Positions 19,401 to 28,000 of a stretch of DNA of 64,000 nucleotides are shown one piece after another. The DNA is from an uncultured Verrucomicrobiae bacterium. Lineage in GTDB: Bacteria > Verrucomicrobiota > Verrucomicrobiia > Limisphaerales > UBA11358. Each line of letters opens with the position of its first letter. The first letter of the stretch is position 1. The notes under the pieces are model-generated. The model did not search any database. It was not told where the DNA came from and worked only from the letters and a program-made list of their open reading frames with translations. Location of the stretch: assembly GCA_963786375.1 (NCBI GenBank), contig CAWAYP010000001.1, forward strand, positions 107,169-171,168, given 5' to 3'. The position numbers and the translations under genes were made by a program.

Positions 19401-19716
19401 ACGCGGACTGGCTGTTGCCGCCCGGCACCAGGTCATTGGCCGCGCTGGAAAAAACCACATACCGTCCGTCGGGACTGATGACCGGAGCCACGGAATCGCC
19501 ATCGCCGCCCGCGGGCAGCGGCACCGACGGGTTTCGCGCCGAAAGCATCTGCACCGGCACCGCATTTGCCGGGACGACGAACGCGCCCAACGTCAACAAC
19601 CCGACAATTACCGTCAGCAACCGCAGCGGTCTGCGGAAAATTCCGGCTGGGAATTCAAGCTTCAACCGGATCGGAACAACTAAATATGCTTTTCGTCGAG
19701 CAAATGAATTTTTCAT
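16408..19716 (-). CDS. giant secreted protein with many TolB/PD40-like beta-propeller repeats and a C-terminal TSP3-like Asp-rich segment
   Basis: About 20 recurrences of DGR(Y/F)V(A/V)F.S.A.NLV.GDTNG..D(V/I)F(V/L)RD. Signal/TM segment LLTVIVGLLTLGAFVVPANA. C-terminal DSDGDGIPDWW...DDADGTGISN. The ORF track starts at 19761; ATG 19716 is an equally plausible start. Confidence 0.85.
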   Translation of the reverse strand: MKNSFARRKAYLVVPIRLKLEFPAGIFRRPLRLLTVIVGLLTLGAFVVPANAVPVQMLSARNPSVPLPAGGDGDSVAPVISPDGRYVVFSSAANDLVPGGNSQSALNVYLRDRTANTTILISSSCNGGGGGNGNSVLGQVSANGRYVVFQSDASDLVPGDTNGVSDIFLRDTYTGITRLISVAANGGFANGASTDPVMTPDGTCVAFISAASNLVAGDTNGIPDVFVRDLITQTTWLISVGATGTNVTTATPVITPDGRYVAFFSTATNLVPAVPATTLGEVYVRDRLAGITTWASTNAAAIAYTNFLFQLYSQNGVPAYHPRLSADGQHVVFKIGQTSLSAGNMILRYDLATATTTVINSNTNGIGMALNLDDGFGPEMTPDGNYVVYVKLEGTASSALGYSSVHVWNAQTKTDTLISDPGTNGAITSTSVQPVFSADDSSVVFLSNTTNLPGNVVAGGFHIYLRNLTNNNLQLVDVDTNGIASSDDATTSFSVSSDGQYVAFDSPDGSLVGGDDNQASDVFVRDLVGNTTELISTQDATVIPQTGDNSGVSEVSVSTNGQWVAFASEADDLVPNDTNDLPDVFVRDLLANTTTLVSAGANGGPAWGGSSVNPVISGNGRYVVFLSTATNLVASQGITTTVNVFRRDLQTGNTVLVSVSTNGVDGANGDCADPVVSQDGRYVTFWSLAYNLTPGLANTANSYTYWRDITAGITVALTNAVLTPGYSIFPPSLSGDGRYVAYSSDSGAQSPQVRVWDSQLGADIYTNTGLGSVTDAVLNASGTRVLYTESGYTNLALVDDVMTGTNIFSFNYPVMLWSHDGWSADGQYLALVAQTSTNSSTNIYLCDLQTQALTLVSSNYTPILVSSGGNYDLPVISSDGRFVVYRSYATGVVPGDINPVPNIYRYDRFFGTNENLTAGQAGSSPVLWDSKPAVNADGGTVAFLSLGSGLAAEDLNRVPDAFAFAMDVGMPLDSDGDGIPDWWMIQYFGHPTGEAGDLSLAQDDADGTGISNLDKFLAGLNPTNPASVFRITSISPQGTNMLIRWQAGGGRTNVVQAAAALNGPFSDISPDISLPGSGDVFTNYPTPVTNRSSGFYRIRLGP

Positions 19717-20109
19717 GGTCGTGGAGGGTTCCTTTTGATGGTCTCTCTTGCTCATGGCCATAACGTCAATCTCTCCCCGCCTCGCAGTTCCCTGTCGCAG
19801 GGCCTGGCCGTCGTTGCCGAACTGGTACCACTAAGGCGCACATAAAGCAAAGCGCAAAGCTTCCTGGGTGAAGCGGGCTGATTATATGGTTTATTCATAA
19901 AAAGTCGAGATAATTTTTCAAAGCGCCGCCACGCAACAGCAACTGGTTCTTATAAATATTCACGGTCAGCCGATTGTTTTGCCCAATGTGACTGTTGGCC
20001 GGGACAATTCCTTTGAATTTTTTGAAAGCCACCTGAATTTTGTCACCGCCAAAATGCGAGCATTGCCCCGATCAGTCGCACCGCCCGGCCAAAGGCGTTC
20101 CGGGGGAAT

Positions 20110-21051
20110 TTACTTTTTTTCCGCGCCGGCCAGGATGGTTTGGAAATGCGGCGGCTGTTCCTCGCGGGCCACCACGCTGATTTCAATCTTTTTGAAGCCG
20201 GCCTCTTCCAGCCAGCGGTGCAAATCGCTTTCGGCGAAACCCGGCCAGCGGTCGCCGTAAAGTTCGTGCGCCTTCTCGAAGTTGTGCTTGAGCAAATCCA
20301 GAATCATGATCTGCCCGCGCGGCCGGAGAATTTTGTACGCAGCGGCAATTGCCTCGGCCGGCACCTCGGCGTGATGCAACGCCTGGCTCAAAATCACGAG
20401 GTCAGCGCTGTTTGACTCGATGGGCGGGTTCTGCAAATCGCCCAGCCGGAATTCCAGGTTCTTCAGCCCGTTCTTTTTCGCCTTGGCCGCGCCGAACGCC
20501 ACCATCTTCTCCGAATTGTCCACGGCGATGACCTTCTTGCAGCGGCGCGCCAGCAGTTCGCTCAACAGGCCTTCACCCGCGCCCAAATCAGCGACCACCA
20601 GCGGCGGCAGAATCCGCAGCAGCAGATGTCCGAACGCCTGCCACGAACGGCCCGGGCCATAGACCCGGTCGAAGCGGCCGGCAATCTGGTTGAAATAAAC
20701 CTGCGCCTGTTCGCGGCGGCGGGCGAGGATGCGCTTGAGATTGATCTGGTCGCCTTCGTATTCGGGCAGTTCCTTCGCGCCGCGAATGGCCAGTTGGATC
20801 AGCTCCCGCGCCGCGCCGTCGGCCGGCTGGTTTGCTTTGTAAAACGTCCGCTTGCCCTCGCGCCGCGATTGCAGCAGCCCGGCGTCCTGCAAGAGGCCCA
20901 GATGCGTCGAGATGCGCGACTGGCCCAGCCGCGTGACTTCCTGCAACTCGTTGACCGACAATTCCTCCCGCTCCAGCAGCGCCACCATGCGCAGGCGCGT
21001 TGGATCGGACAAAGCTCGAAGCGATTTCAGGGCCGAGGGCATCATTTTCAA
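20110..21051 (-). CDS. ArsR-type HTH fused to a SAM-dependent methyltransferase-like domain (SahR-like regulator)
   Basis: LSDPTRLRMVALLEREELSVNELQEVTRLGQSRISTHLGLLQDAGLL (ArsR HTH) followed by VADLGAGEGLLSELLARRCKKVIAVDNS (class I MTase motif I). Divergent from metK. Confidence 0.8.
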   Translation of the reverse strand: MKMMPSALKSLRALSDPTRLRMVALLEREELSVNELQEVTRLGQSRISTHLGLLQDAGLLQSRREGKRTFYKANQPADGAARELIQLAIRGAKELPEYEGDQINLKRILARRREQAQVYFNQIAGRFDRVYGPGRSWQAFGHLLLRILPPLVVADLGAGEGLLSELLARRCKKVIAVDNSEKMVAFGAAKAKKNGLKNLEFRLGDLQNPPIESNSADLVILSQALHHAEVPAEAIAAAYKILRPRGQIMILDLLKHNFEKAHELYGDRWPGFAESDLHRWLEEAGFKKIEISVVAREEQPPHFQTILAGAEKK

Positions 21052-21079
21052 TACGCGCCGTGATTTTTCAAGAAACCAG

Positions 21080-21119
21080 TTGACGCGCTGTCCAAATGAT
21101 ATATCATCTTATCCTGATA
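21080..21119 (+). promoter_or_regulatory. candidate metK promoter overlapped by palindromic operator candidates
   Basis: TTGACG (21080-21085), 16-nt spacer, TATCAT (21102-21107). Perfect 12-bp palindrome ATGATATATCAT (21096-21107), and TATCA-N8-TGATA (21102-21119). Read by eye only. Confidence 0.4.
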
Positions 21120-21149
21120 CGTCAATATGACATTTAAACAAATTTAGCC

Positions 21150-22325
21150 ATGAGCAAAAACTTCATATTTTCCTCGGAGTCCGTCGGCGAAGGCCATCCG
21201 GACAAGGTTTGCGACACCATTTCCGATTACGTGCTGGACGCCTGTCTGGCGCAGGACCGGCACAGCCGCGTGGCCTGCGAAACCTACGCCAAGAGCAACC
21301 TCGTGGTGGTCGGCGGCGAAATCACGACCAAGGCCAAGCTCGATTTCAGCGCCATTGCCCGCCAGGCCATTCGCGACATCGGCTACACGCACGACGACGA
21401 CGTGTTTCACGCGGACAAGGTGCTCATCATGAACGCCATCACGTCGCAATCGCCGGACATCGCCCAGGGCGTGGACGCGCGCAAGGCGGTCGGCAAGAAG
21501 AAGGCCGAGCAGGGCGCCGGCGACCAGGGATTGATGTTTGGCTACGCGACGACGGAAACGCCCGAACTGATGCCCGCGCCCATCATGTACGCCCACAAGC
21601 TGGGCCGAGCGCTGACCCAAATCCGCAAGAGCGGCAGGGTCGCGTGGCTGCGGCCCGACGCCAAGAGCCAGGTATCCGTCCGCTATGTGAACGATCAGCC
21701 GGTGGCCATCACCAATGTCGTCATCTCCACGCAACACGCGCACGATGTGAAGCACAAGACCATCGAGGAATTTTGCATCGAAGAAGTCATCAAAAAAGTT
21801 TTGCCGAAGCGTTTGCTCACCAAAAAGACGCTGTTCCTCATCAATCCGACCGGCCGGTTCGTCGTCGGCGGACCGCAGGGCGACACCGGCCTGACCGGGC
21901 GGAAAATCATCGTGGACAGCTACGGCGGAATGGGCCGTCACGGCGGCGGCGCCTTCAGCGGCAAGGACCCGTCGAAGGTGGATCGCAGCGCGGCCTACAT
22001 GGGCCGTTATGTCGCCAAGAACATCGTGGCGGCGGGCCTGGCGACGAGCGCGGAAATCCAGTTTGCCTACGCCATCGGCTATCCCGATCCGGTCTCGGTT
22101 TGCGTGAACACCTTCGGTACCGGTATGGTGAGCGATGAGGCCATTGAAAAGGCGGTGGCCGAGGTGTTCAGCTTCAAGCCCGCCGATATCATCAAACAAC
22201 TCAACCTGCTCCGGCCGATTTACGCCCGGACCACCAACTACGGTCACTTCGGCAAGAGCGATCCCGCGATCACCTGGGAAAAAACGGACAAGGTCAAAGA
22301 ACTCAGGCGTGCTTTAAAAATATGA
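21150..22325 (+). CDS. metK: S-adenosylmethionine synthase
   Basis: [53 protein letters not shown]: canonical MetK. Confidence 0.97.
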   Translation: MSKNFIFSSESVGEGHPDKVCDTISDYVLDACLAQDRHSRVACETYAKSNLVVVGGEITTKAKLDFSAIARQAIRDIGYTHDDDVFHADKVLIMNAITSQSPDIAQGVDARKAVGKKKAEQGAGDQGLMFGYATTETPELMPAPIMYAHKLGRALTQIRKSGRVAWLRPDAKSQVSVRYVNDQPVAITNVVISTQHAHDVKHKTIEEFCIEEVIKKVLPKRLLTKKTLFLINPTGRFVVGGPQGDTGLTGRKIIVDSYGGMGRHGGGAFSGKDPSKVDRSAAYMGRYVAKNIVAAGLATSAEIQFAYAIGYPDPVSVCVNTFGTGMVSDEAIEKAVAEVFSFKPADIIKQLNLLRPIYARTTNYGHFGKSDPAITWEKTDKVKELRRALKI

Positions 22326-22799
22326 GTTTCAAGTTTGAAGATTCAAGTTTCAAGAAAAGCGGATTTCGTCAGCTTGAAACTTCCAACTTGATCGCTTGAA
22401 ATTTTAGTATGGCTTATCACTCGTTTGAAGATTTGGAGGTGTGGAAGCGCGGCTGTCGTTTGGCGGTTGAAGTCAGCCGGACGCTTGCCAAAACCCGCGA
22501 GTATTTTGTTCGCGACCAGATGCAGCGCGCGGCACTTTCCATTCCTTCCAACATTGCGGAAGGCTCGGAACGCGACAGCAAACTTGATTACATTCGCTTT
22601 CTTCGCATTGCCAAGGGTTCGGCGGCAGAGCTTCGAACACAGTGCTACATTGCGGCCAAACTCGAAATCTTAAAGAAGACTGACGCGGATCGTGTTGTCA
22701 CCGAGTGCAAGGAAATCGCCCCTATGTTGCAAGGATTGATTCGCGCCATTGGATGGGTGACAGCTCTCACTTGAAGCTTGAATCTTGAAACTGAAAACT
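22326..22799 (+). mobile_element. four-helix-bundle gene cassette bounded by imperfect inverted TTCAAG/CTTGAA-rich flanks
   Basis: The left flank 22326-22354 is GTTTCAAGTTTGAAGATTCAAGTTTCAAG. The reverse complement of the right flank (22775-22799) reads ...GATTCAAGCTTCAAG, matching the left GATTCAAGTTTCAAG at 14 of 15 positions. It fills the whole metK-ahcY spacer. Mobility is an inference. Confidence 0.45.
22409..22774 (+). CDS. four helix bundle protein (23S rRNA intervening-sequence protein family)
   Basis: FEDLEVWKRGCRLAVEV ... IPSNIAEGSERDSKLDYIRFLRIAKGSAAELRTQCYIA is the family signature; ~120 aa. Confidence 0.85.
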   Translation: MAYHSFEDLEVWKRGCRLAVEVSRTLAKTREYFVRDQMQRAALSIPSNIAEGSERDSKLDYIRFLRIAKGSAAELRTQCYIAAKLEILKKTDADRVVTECKEIAPMLQGLIRAIGWVTALT

Positions 22800-24272
22800 A
22801 TGCAAAAATTAAAATTGTCTCCCTCTCGTCGAAAAGTCGCCAGTGCCGCGAACGGCAACGGCGCGGCCAAACACGATTACGCCATCAAGGACCTTTCCCT
22901 CGCCGAATGGGGGCGCAAAACCATCGAGGTTTGTGAACACGAAATGCCGGGTCTCATGGCCATCCGCAAAAAATACGGCCCGACCAAGCCGCTCAAGGGT
23001 GTGCGCATCACCGGTTCGCTGCACATGACCATCGAGACGGCGATCCTCATCGAAACGCTCGTGGCCATCGGGGCGTCCGTGCGCTGGGCCAGTTGCAACA
23101 TCTTCTCCACCCAGGACCAGGCCGCCGCCGCGATCGCGAAGGCGGGCATTCCCGTGTTCGCGCACAAGGGCGAAACCCTCGAGGAATACTGGCAGTTCAC
23201 GCTCAACGCGCTCACGCACCCGGGCAATTTGGGACCGCAACTCATCGTGGACGATGGCGGCGACGCCACGCTCCTCATCCATAAAGGCTATGAACTCGAA
23301 AACGGCAGCGACTGGGTCAACACGCCCAGCGACAACCATGAAGTGGCCGTCATCAAGGCGCTGTTAAAAAAGGTGGCCAAGGAACGTCCCGGTTTCTGGC
23401 ACACGGTCGTGAAGAATTGGAAGGGCGTTTCCGAGGAAACCACCACCGGCGTGCATCGGCTTTATCAAATGCTCGAGCAGGGCAAATTGCTCGTGCCCGC
23501 CATCAACGTCAATGACTCCGTCACCAAGTCCAAGTTCGACAACCTCTACGGCTGCCGCGAATCGCTCGCGGACGGCATCAAGCGGGCCACGGACGTGATG
23601 ATCGCCGGCAAGGTCGCGGTCGTGTGCGGCTATGGCGACGTCGGCAAAGGCTGCGCGCATTCGCTCCGCGGCTTCGGCGCGCGCGTCATTGTGACCGAGA
23701 TTGACCCCATCAACGCGCTGCAGGCCTCCATGGAAGGATTCGAGGTGACGACCCTCGAGGACACCCTCGGCGAAGGCGATCTGTATGTGACGACCACCGG
23801 CAATTGCGACGTCATCACGCTGGAGCACATCCTCAAGATGAAGGACCAGGCCATCGTGTGTAACATCGGCCACTTCGACAACGAGATTCAGGTGGACCGG
23901 TTGAACGCGCTCAAGGGCGTGAAGCGAATCAACGTGAAGCCGCAGTATGACAAGTACGTGCTGCCCAACGGCCGCACGATTTATCTGCTCGCCGAAGGCC
24001 GGCTCGTAAACCTCGGTTGCGCCACCGGCCATCCGAGTTTCGTGATGAGCAACAGCTTCACCAATCAATGCCTCGCGCAACTGGATCTGTGGGCCAAACG
24101 CGACACCAACCAGGTCGGCGTTTATCGTCTGCCCAAGAAGCTGGACGAGGAAGTCGCCCGGCTGCACCTCGACCGCATCGGCGTGAAGCTGACCAGGCTC
24201 ACCAAGAAGCAGGCCGACTACCTTGGCGTGCCATTGGAAGGTCCTTACAAGCCCGAGCATTATCGGTATTAA
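22800..24272 (+). CDS. ahcY: adenosylhomocysteinase
   Basis: [40 protein letters not shown] (NAD-binding), [10 protein letters not shown]-terminal [10 protein letters not shown]. The ORF track offers TTG 22785; ATG 22800 is preferred. Confidence 0.95.
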   Translation: MQKLKLSPSRRKVASAANGNGAAKHDYAIKDLSLAEWGRKTIEVCEHEMPGLMAIRKKYGPTKPLKGVRITGSLHMTIETAILIETLVAIGASVRWASCNIFSTQDQAAAAIAKAGIPVFAHKGETLEEYWQFTLNALTHPGNLGPQLIVDDGGDATLLIHKGYELENGSDWVNTPSDNHEVAVIKALLKKVAKERPGFWHTVVKNWKGVSEETTTGVHRLYQMLEQGKLLVPAINVNDSVTKSKFDNLYGCRESLADGIKRATDVMIAGKVAVVCGYGDVGKGCAHSLRGFGARVIVTEIDPINALQASMEGFEVTTLEDTLGEGDLYVTTTGNCDVITLEHILKMKDQAIVCNIGHFDNEIQVDRLNALKGVKRINVKPQYDKYVLPNGRTIYLLAEGRLVNLGCATGHPSFVMSNSFTNQCLAQLDLWAKRDTNQVGVYRLPKKLDEEVARLHLDRIGVKLTRLTKKQADYLGVPLEGPYKPEHYRY

Positions 24273-24475
24273 AATTTGGAGGGCACTTCTTCGTCAGTGC
24301 CCTGAAGTTTGGGCAGCGATGAAACTGCCCTCCAATCATACAAGCTGCCGTTTAGCAGACCGCTCACTTGGCCGGTGGCCGTCTCGCCTTGCGCCAAGGC
24401 GGCGGTCGCCGTTCCCAGCGTGACCAGGAGACTCAAAAACAGTTTTGTGGGAATCACTTTCAACGTTATTTTCAT
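24269..24475 (-). CDS. small hypothetical secreted protein
   Basis: [29 protein letters not shown] looks like a signal peptide, but the C-terminal third is encoded by the palindromic repeat. Weak call. Confidence 0.3.
   Translation of the reverse strand: MKITLKVIPTKLFLSLLVTLGTATAALAQGETATGQVSGLLNGSLYDWRAVSSLPKLQGTDEEVPSKF
24276..24335. repeat. composite palindromic element (family A-like variant) directly after the ahcY stop
   Basis: TTGGAGGGCAC-ttcttcgtca-GTGCCC-tgaagttt-GGGCAGcgatgaaaCTGCCCTCCAA. Same plan as family A: an outer GGAGGG/CCCTCC repeat enclosing two inner hairpins. Confidence 0.7.
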
Positions 24476-24776
24476 CGGATTTTTCCTCAACTTGGTAGTG
24501 TGTTCTAATTCAAAAAATACCCCGCGTTCCGTTGTAAGAGGGAGAAACTGCAAAAAGGTTCCAAATTATTCCCAGCAACCCCGTTGGTTTTCTTTTCCTG
24601 CAATCACGGCACGTTACGAGATCAACCTATTGGCAATCGCATGTTGTCGCACGAACCTGCCACGATGAGACTTCCCGCGGTAAAAATAATTTGATTTCGA
24701 GAAATCTGTGATAAGGTACACTGCACATTAATATTGTTTGACTTATGACGCGACGCGACCGGAAAGGCATTAAAAC

Positions 24777-25505
24777 ATGAAAGCCACGCTGCCAAGCAAT
24801 GAAATTGAACGGCTTGCGGCCTTGAAGGAGTATCACATTCTCGATACCGGGACCGAGCAGTCCTACGACGATATCACCGCCCTGGCGGCGCATATTTGCA
24901 AGGTTCCCGTTGCCATGATTTCCCTGGTGGACGAAGTCCGGCAGTGGTTCAAATCGAGATTGGGAGTGGAGCAGCAGCAAACGCCCCGCGAGGTCGCGTT
25001 TTGTGCGCACGCGATTCTCCAGAGTGGGCCCTTCATCGTGCGGGACGCAACGAAGGACCGGCGGTTTGCCGGCAGCAGGCTGGTCACGGGCAAACCCCGT
25101 ATCCGGTTTTACGCGGGCATCCCGCTGATCAACCCGGAAGGACTGGCCTTGGGAACACTCTGTGTTGTGGACCATCAACCGCGCCGGCTTTCGGGCACAC
25201 AACAGAAGGCGCTGCAGGCCCTGTCGCGGCAGGTCATGGCGCTGCTGGAGTTAAGGCGGGTTTCAACCCATCTGGCGGATGCGCTCGATCACGTCAAAAC
25301 GTTGCAGGGGTTGCTGCCCATCTGCGCCTGGTGCAAGCGCATCCGCGATGACGAAGGATACTGGAGTCAGGTTGAAGCTTACTTCCATAAAGCCACGGGC
25401 GCTGATTTTACCCACGGCATTTGTCCGGAATGCCTGCGGAAGGCGCTTCCCCCGAAGTCGCACCAAGGATCAACGGCTGAGGCTGTGGTGCGTCCAGGGA
25501 CCTGA
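24777..25505 (+). CDS. GAF domain signalling protein with a C-terminal four-Cys module
   Basis: ERLAALKEYHILDTGTEQSYDDITALAAHICKVPVAMISLVD...FCAHAI...RFYAGIPL is GAF-like. The C-terminus is LPICAWCKRIRDDEGYWSQVEAYFHKATGADFTHGICPEC. Confidence 0.8.
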   Translation: MKATLPSNEIERLAALKEYHILDTGTEQSYDDITALAAHICKVPVAMISLVDEVRQWFKSRLGVEQQQTPREVAFCAHAILQSGPFIVRDATKDRRFAGSRLVTGKPRIRFYAGIPLINPEGLALGTLCVVDHQPRRLSGTQQKALQALSRQVMALLELRRVSTHLADALDHVKTLQGLLPICAWCKRIRDDEGYWSQVEAYFHKATGADFTHGICPECLRKALPPKSHQGSTAEAVVRPGT

Positions 25506-25727
25506 TGTTCGCCGTGCTTGCCGGGGCGTCAGGAAAATTTGAGTCACCGGGGGCTGCCTCCGGTTCAAAAAGGCTGATTGCGAAAGAGCAAATCACAGTT
25601 GCAATTTTCTGCACCGGTGTTATTTGTAACCCATGCGCAAGGCCGCCCTTCTGTCAGGCAGCCGCATTTCATCGCGGCTCGCGTTGAGCCGTCCCCAACA
25701 AGGTCGCAAGCTGGAAAGGAAATTTTT

Positions 25728-26660
25728 ATGAAACACCCGCGTCAGAACCGCAACCGATTAAATCGCCGTGATTTTCTCAAAACCTCCACCGCGCTGGCGG
25801 GCACCGTGTTGCTCTCGCCGTGGGCCTGGGGCGAAACCGGCACCGCCGCCGGCCCAACCGTCACGCGCACCGCGACGGACCAGGTGACGCTCGGCAAGAC
25901 CGGCATCAAACTGAGCCGGCTGGGGATTGGCACCGGCAGCGACAACGGGCACATCCAAACCGCGGAGGGCAAGGACGCGTTCATCAAACTCGTTCACTAC
26001 GCCTATGACCACGGCATTACCTACATTGACACCGCCGAGTCTTACCGGACCTTTGGTTTGATCGCCGATGCCATCAAAGGATTGCCTCGGGAAAAACTTT
26101 TCATCCAGTCCAAGGTGGACGGACGGCCGCAGGACGTGCTGGCCGTCATTGATCATCATCGCAAAACATTCGACACCGATTACATTGACAGCCTTCTGGT
26201 CCATTGCATGACGCGCGGCCAGTGGACTGACGAATGGAAACGGGTCATGGACGCCTTCAACGAGGCCCAGCAACGGAAATGGATCCGGGCCAAGGGCGTT
26301 TCCTGTCACAGCCTGCCCGCGTTGCGCGCGGCGGTCGCCTCGGACTGGGCCGAGGTGCATCTGGTCCGGGTGAACCCGCAGGGCAGTTACACCGACGGTG
26401 ATGATGGTTACTGGGGCGGCCGCCGCCATGACATCGCTCCGGTGATGAAACAAATCAAAACCATGCATGAGAAGGGGCGCGGCGTGATTGGCATGAAAAT
26501 CTACGGCAACGGCACGTTCACCGACCCGGCCGACCGCGAGAAATCCATCCGCTATGCCATGGCGTGCCGCGACATTGATGCCGTGGTCATTGGTTTCAAG
26601 AACCCCGCGGAGATTGACGAGGCTATTGAACGGATCAACCGCGCGTTGAAGGAAGTTTGA
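25728..26660 (+). CDS. aldo/keto reductase with a twin-arginine signal peptide
   Basis: NRRDFLKTSTALAGTVLLSPWAWG (Tat-like), then AKR motifs (GITYIDTAESY, DSLLVHC). Start trimmed to ATG 25728, which follows GGAAAGGAAA. Confidence 0.85.
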   Translation: MKHPRQNRNRLNRRDFLKTSTALAGTVLLSPWAWGETGTAAGPTVTRTATDQVTLGKTGIKLSRLGIGTGSDNGHIQTAEGKDAFIKLVHYAYDHGITYIDTAESYRTFGLIADAIKGLPREKLFIQSKVDGRPQDVLAVIDHHRKTFDTDYIDSLLVHCMTRGQWTDEWKRVMDAFNEAQQRKWIRAKGVSCHSLPALRAAVASDWAEVHLVRVNPQGSYTDGDDGYWGGRRHDIAPVMKQIKTMHEKGRGVIGMKIYGNGTFTDPADREKSIRYAMACRDIDAVVIGFKNPAEIDEAIERINRALKEV

Positions 26661-26680
26661 CCGCGCTGGACGGAGAAACT

Positions 26681-26739
26681 TGGGGGGTGCGGCTTCGTCA
26701 GTACCCTGAAATTGAGCGGCGGCGCAGCATTGCCCTCCC
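26681..26739. repeat. composite palindromic element (family A-like variant) after the aldo/keto reductase stop
   Basis: TGGGGGGTGCggcttcgtcaGTACCC...GCAGCATTGCCCTCCC shares the cttcgtcagt core with the copy at 24276-24335. Confidence 0.65.
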
Positions 26740-26774
26740 GTAATAAGAATCAAAATCCCGCCGGCCTTTTCATT

Positions 26775-27974
26775 TCACAACTCCCTTAATGCCGCCGCGA
26801 TGGGCAGGCGCGCGGCGCGAATGGCCGGGAACAAGCCGCCAATCAAACCAATGACCGCCGACCAGATGATGCCGCGCACCAGCAATTCCGGCGTGACTCT
26901 GAACGCAAAGGTGACCTCGCTGAAGCTCTGCCAGTTCATCGTGGAGGTGTGAAAATTGTTGAAGCCAAAATAGGCCAGCGCGCCGCCCAGCGCGCCGCCC
27001 ACCAGCGCCAGCAGCAGTGATTCCAGCATCAAAGAAACCACCACCGCGCTGCCGCCAAAACCGAGCGCGCGCAGCGTGGCGATTTCCCGCGTCCGCGTCG
27101 CCACGGCGCTGTACATCGTGTTCAGCGCGCCGAACACCGCGCCGATGGCCATCAAAAATGCGACGATAAAACCGAGCGTGGTAATCAGCCGCGTGATGGT
27201 TTCGGATTGTTCGGCGTAATAATCGGACTGCCGGGCAACCTTCACACTGAGTTGCGGGTTCGAGGTGAGTGAATCCTTGAATTTCTGGAAGGATCCCGGC
27301 GAATCCAGTTTGACCGAGACGGATTGGAACGAGTCGCCGCGATTGTAGGCGGCCTGCAGCACTTTGGCATCGGTCCAGATTTCGGATTCGGCCACGCCGC
27401 CGTTCGCCGAGAACATTCCCACCACCGGCCACTGGTAACGGCCCACCTGGAGGTTCGAGCCGACGTCCAGACCGGCAAATTCCCGGGCCGCGCCACGCCC
27501 GACGATCACTTCATCCTTGCCCCAGTCGAACCTCCGGCCTTCGACGATTTTGACGCGGTTATGCACCTGGAACGCGGCGGGTTCCACGCCGCGCAAGGGC
27601 ACGTTCGCGTCCGTGCCGGTTGAGCGTTTGGGCAGGTTAATGATGACGAACAATTCGGCAGAGGCGAGCGGGCCCTGGTCGTTGCGCGCCACACCCGGCG
27701 CGTCGCCGATGACGCGGGTTTCGTCCCGGCCCAGGCCGCTGACCATTTCGCTGTCCGCGCCGCTGCGGAGAACGATGGCCGTGTCGGGCGAGGCGGAAAC
27801 GGTCATCGCCTGCTTGAATCCCGCCGCGATGGACAACACGCCCACCAGCACCGCCACCACGCCGGCAATGCCGAAAATGGTGGCCGCCACCGCGCCGCGC
27901 CGCTGCGGAACACTCATCAATCCAAATTTGGTGATGGAGGCGATTTGCGAAAACCAGTTGATGGGCCCGGCCAT
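26775..27974 (-). CDS. ABC transporter permease (FtsX/MacB-type), second permease
   Basis: N-terminal TM, large periplasmic domain, and a C-terminal FtsX 3-TM block (REIATLRALGF). Start set at ATG 27974 (MAGPINWF). The longer ORF-track version overlaps the upstream permease in another frame. Confidence 0.85.
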   Translation of the reverse strand: MAGPINWFSQIASITKFGLMSVPQRRGAVAATIFGIAGVVAVLVGVLSIAAGFKQAMTVSASPDTAIVLRSGADSEMVSGLGRDETRVIGDAPGVARNDQGPLASAELFVIINLPKRSTGTDANVPLRGVEPAAFQVHNRVKIVEGRRFDWGKDEVIVGRGAAREFAGLDVGSNLQVGRYQWPVVGMFSANGGVAESEIWTDAKVLQAAYNRGDSFQSVSVKLDSPGSFQKFKDSLTSNPQLSVKVARQSDYYAEQSETITRLITTLGFIVAFLMAIGAVFGALNTMYSAVATRTREIATLRALGFGGSAVVVSLMLESLLLALVGGALGGALAYFGFNNFHTSTMNWQSFSEVTFAFRVTPELLVRGIIWSAVIGLIGGLFPAIRAARLPIAAALREL

Positions 27975-28000
27975 GAGTCGGTTGGGGGTTGAGTTAAAAT

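Noticed and set aside
14433-20109. Genomic island integrated at tRNA-Val
   Set aside because: No direct repeat of the tRNA 3' end and no integrase were found between 14508 and 20109. The content (pseudopilin-like genes and a giant surface protein) is typical core or accessory content for this lineage.
21052-21149. SAM riboswitch upstream of metK (and SAH riboswitch upstream of ahcY, 22775-22799)
   Set aside because: The spacers are only 98 nt and 25 nt and lack the conserved riboswitch cores. Protein-based (SahR-like) control is the better explanation.
21144-22247. 367-aa minus-strand ORF
   Set aside because: Antisense to metK, which is unambiguous.
25758-26753. 331-aa minus-strand ORF
   Set aside because: Antisense to the Tat-signal aldo/keto reductase. 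Its N-terminus is read out of the palindromic repeat at 26681-26739.
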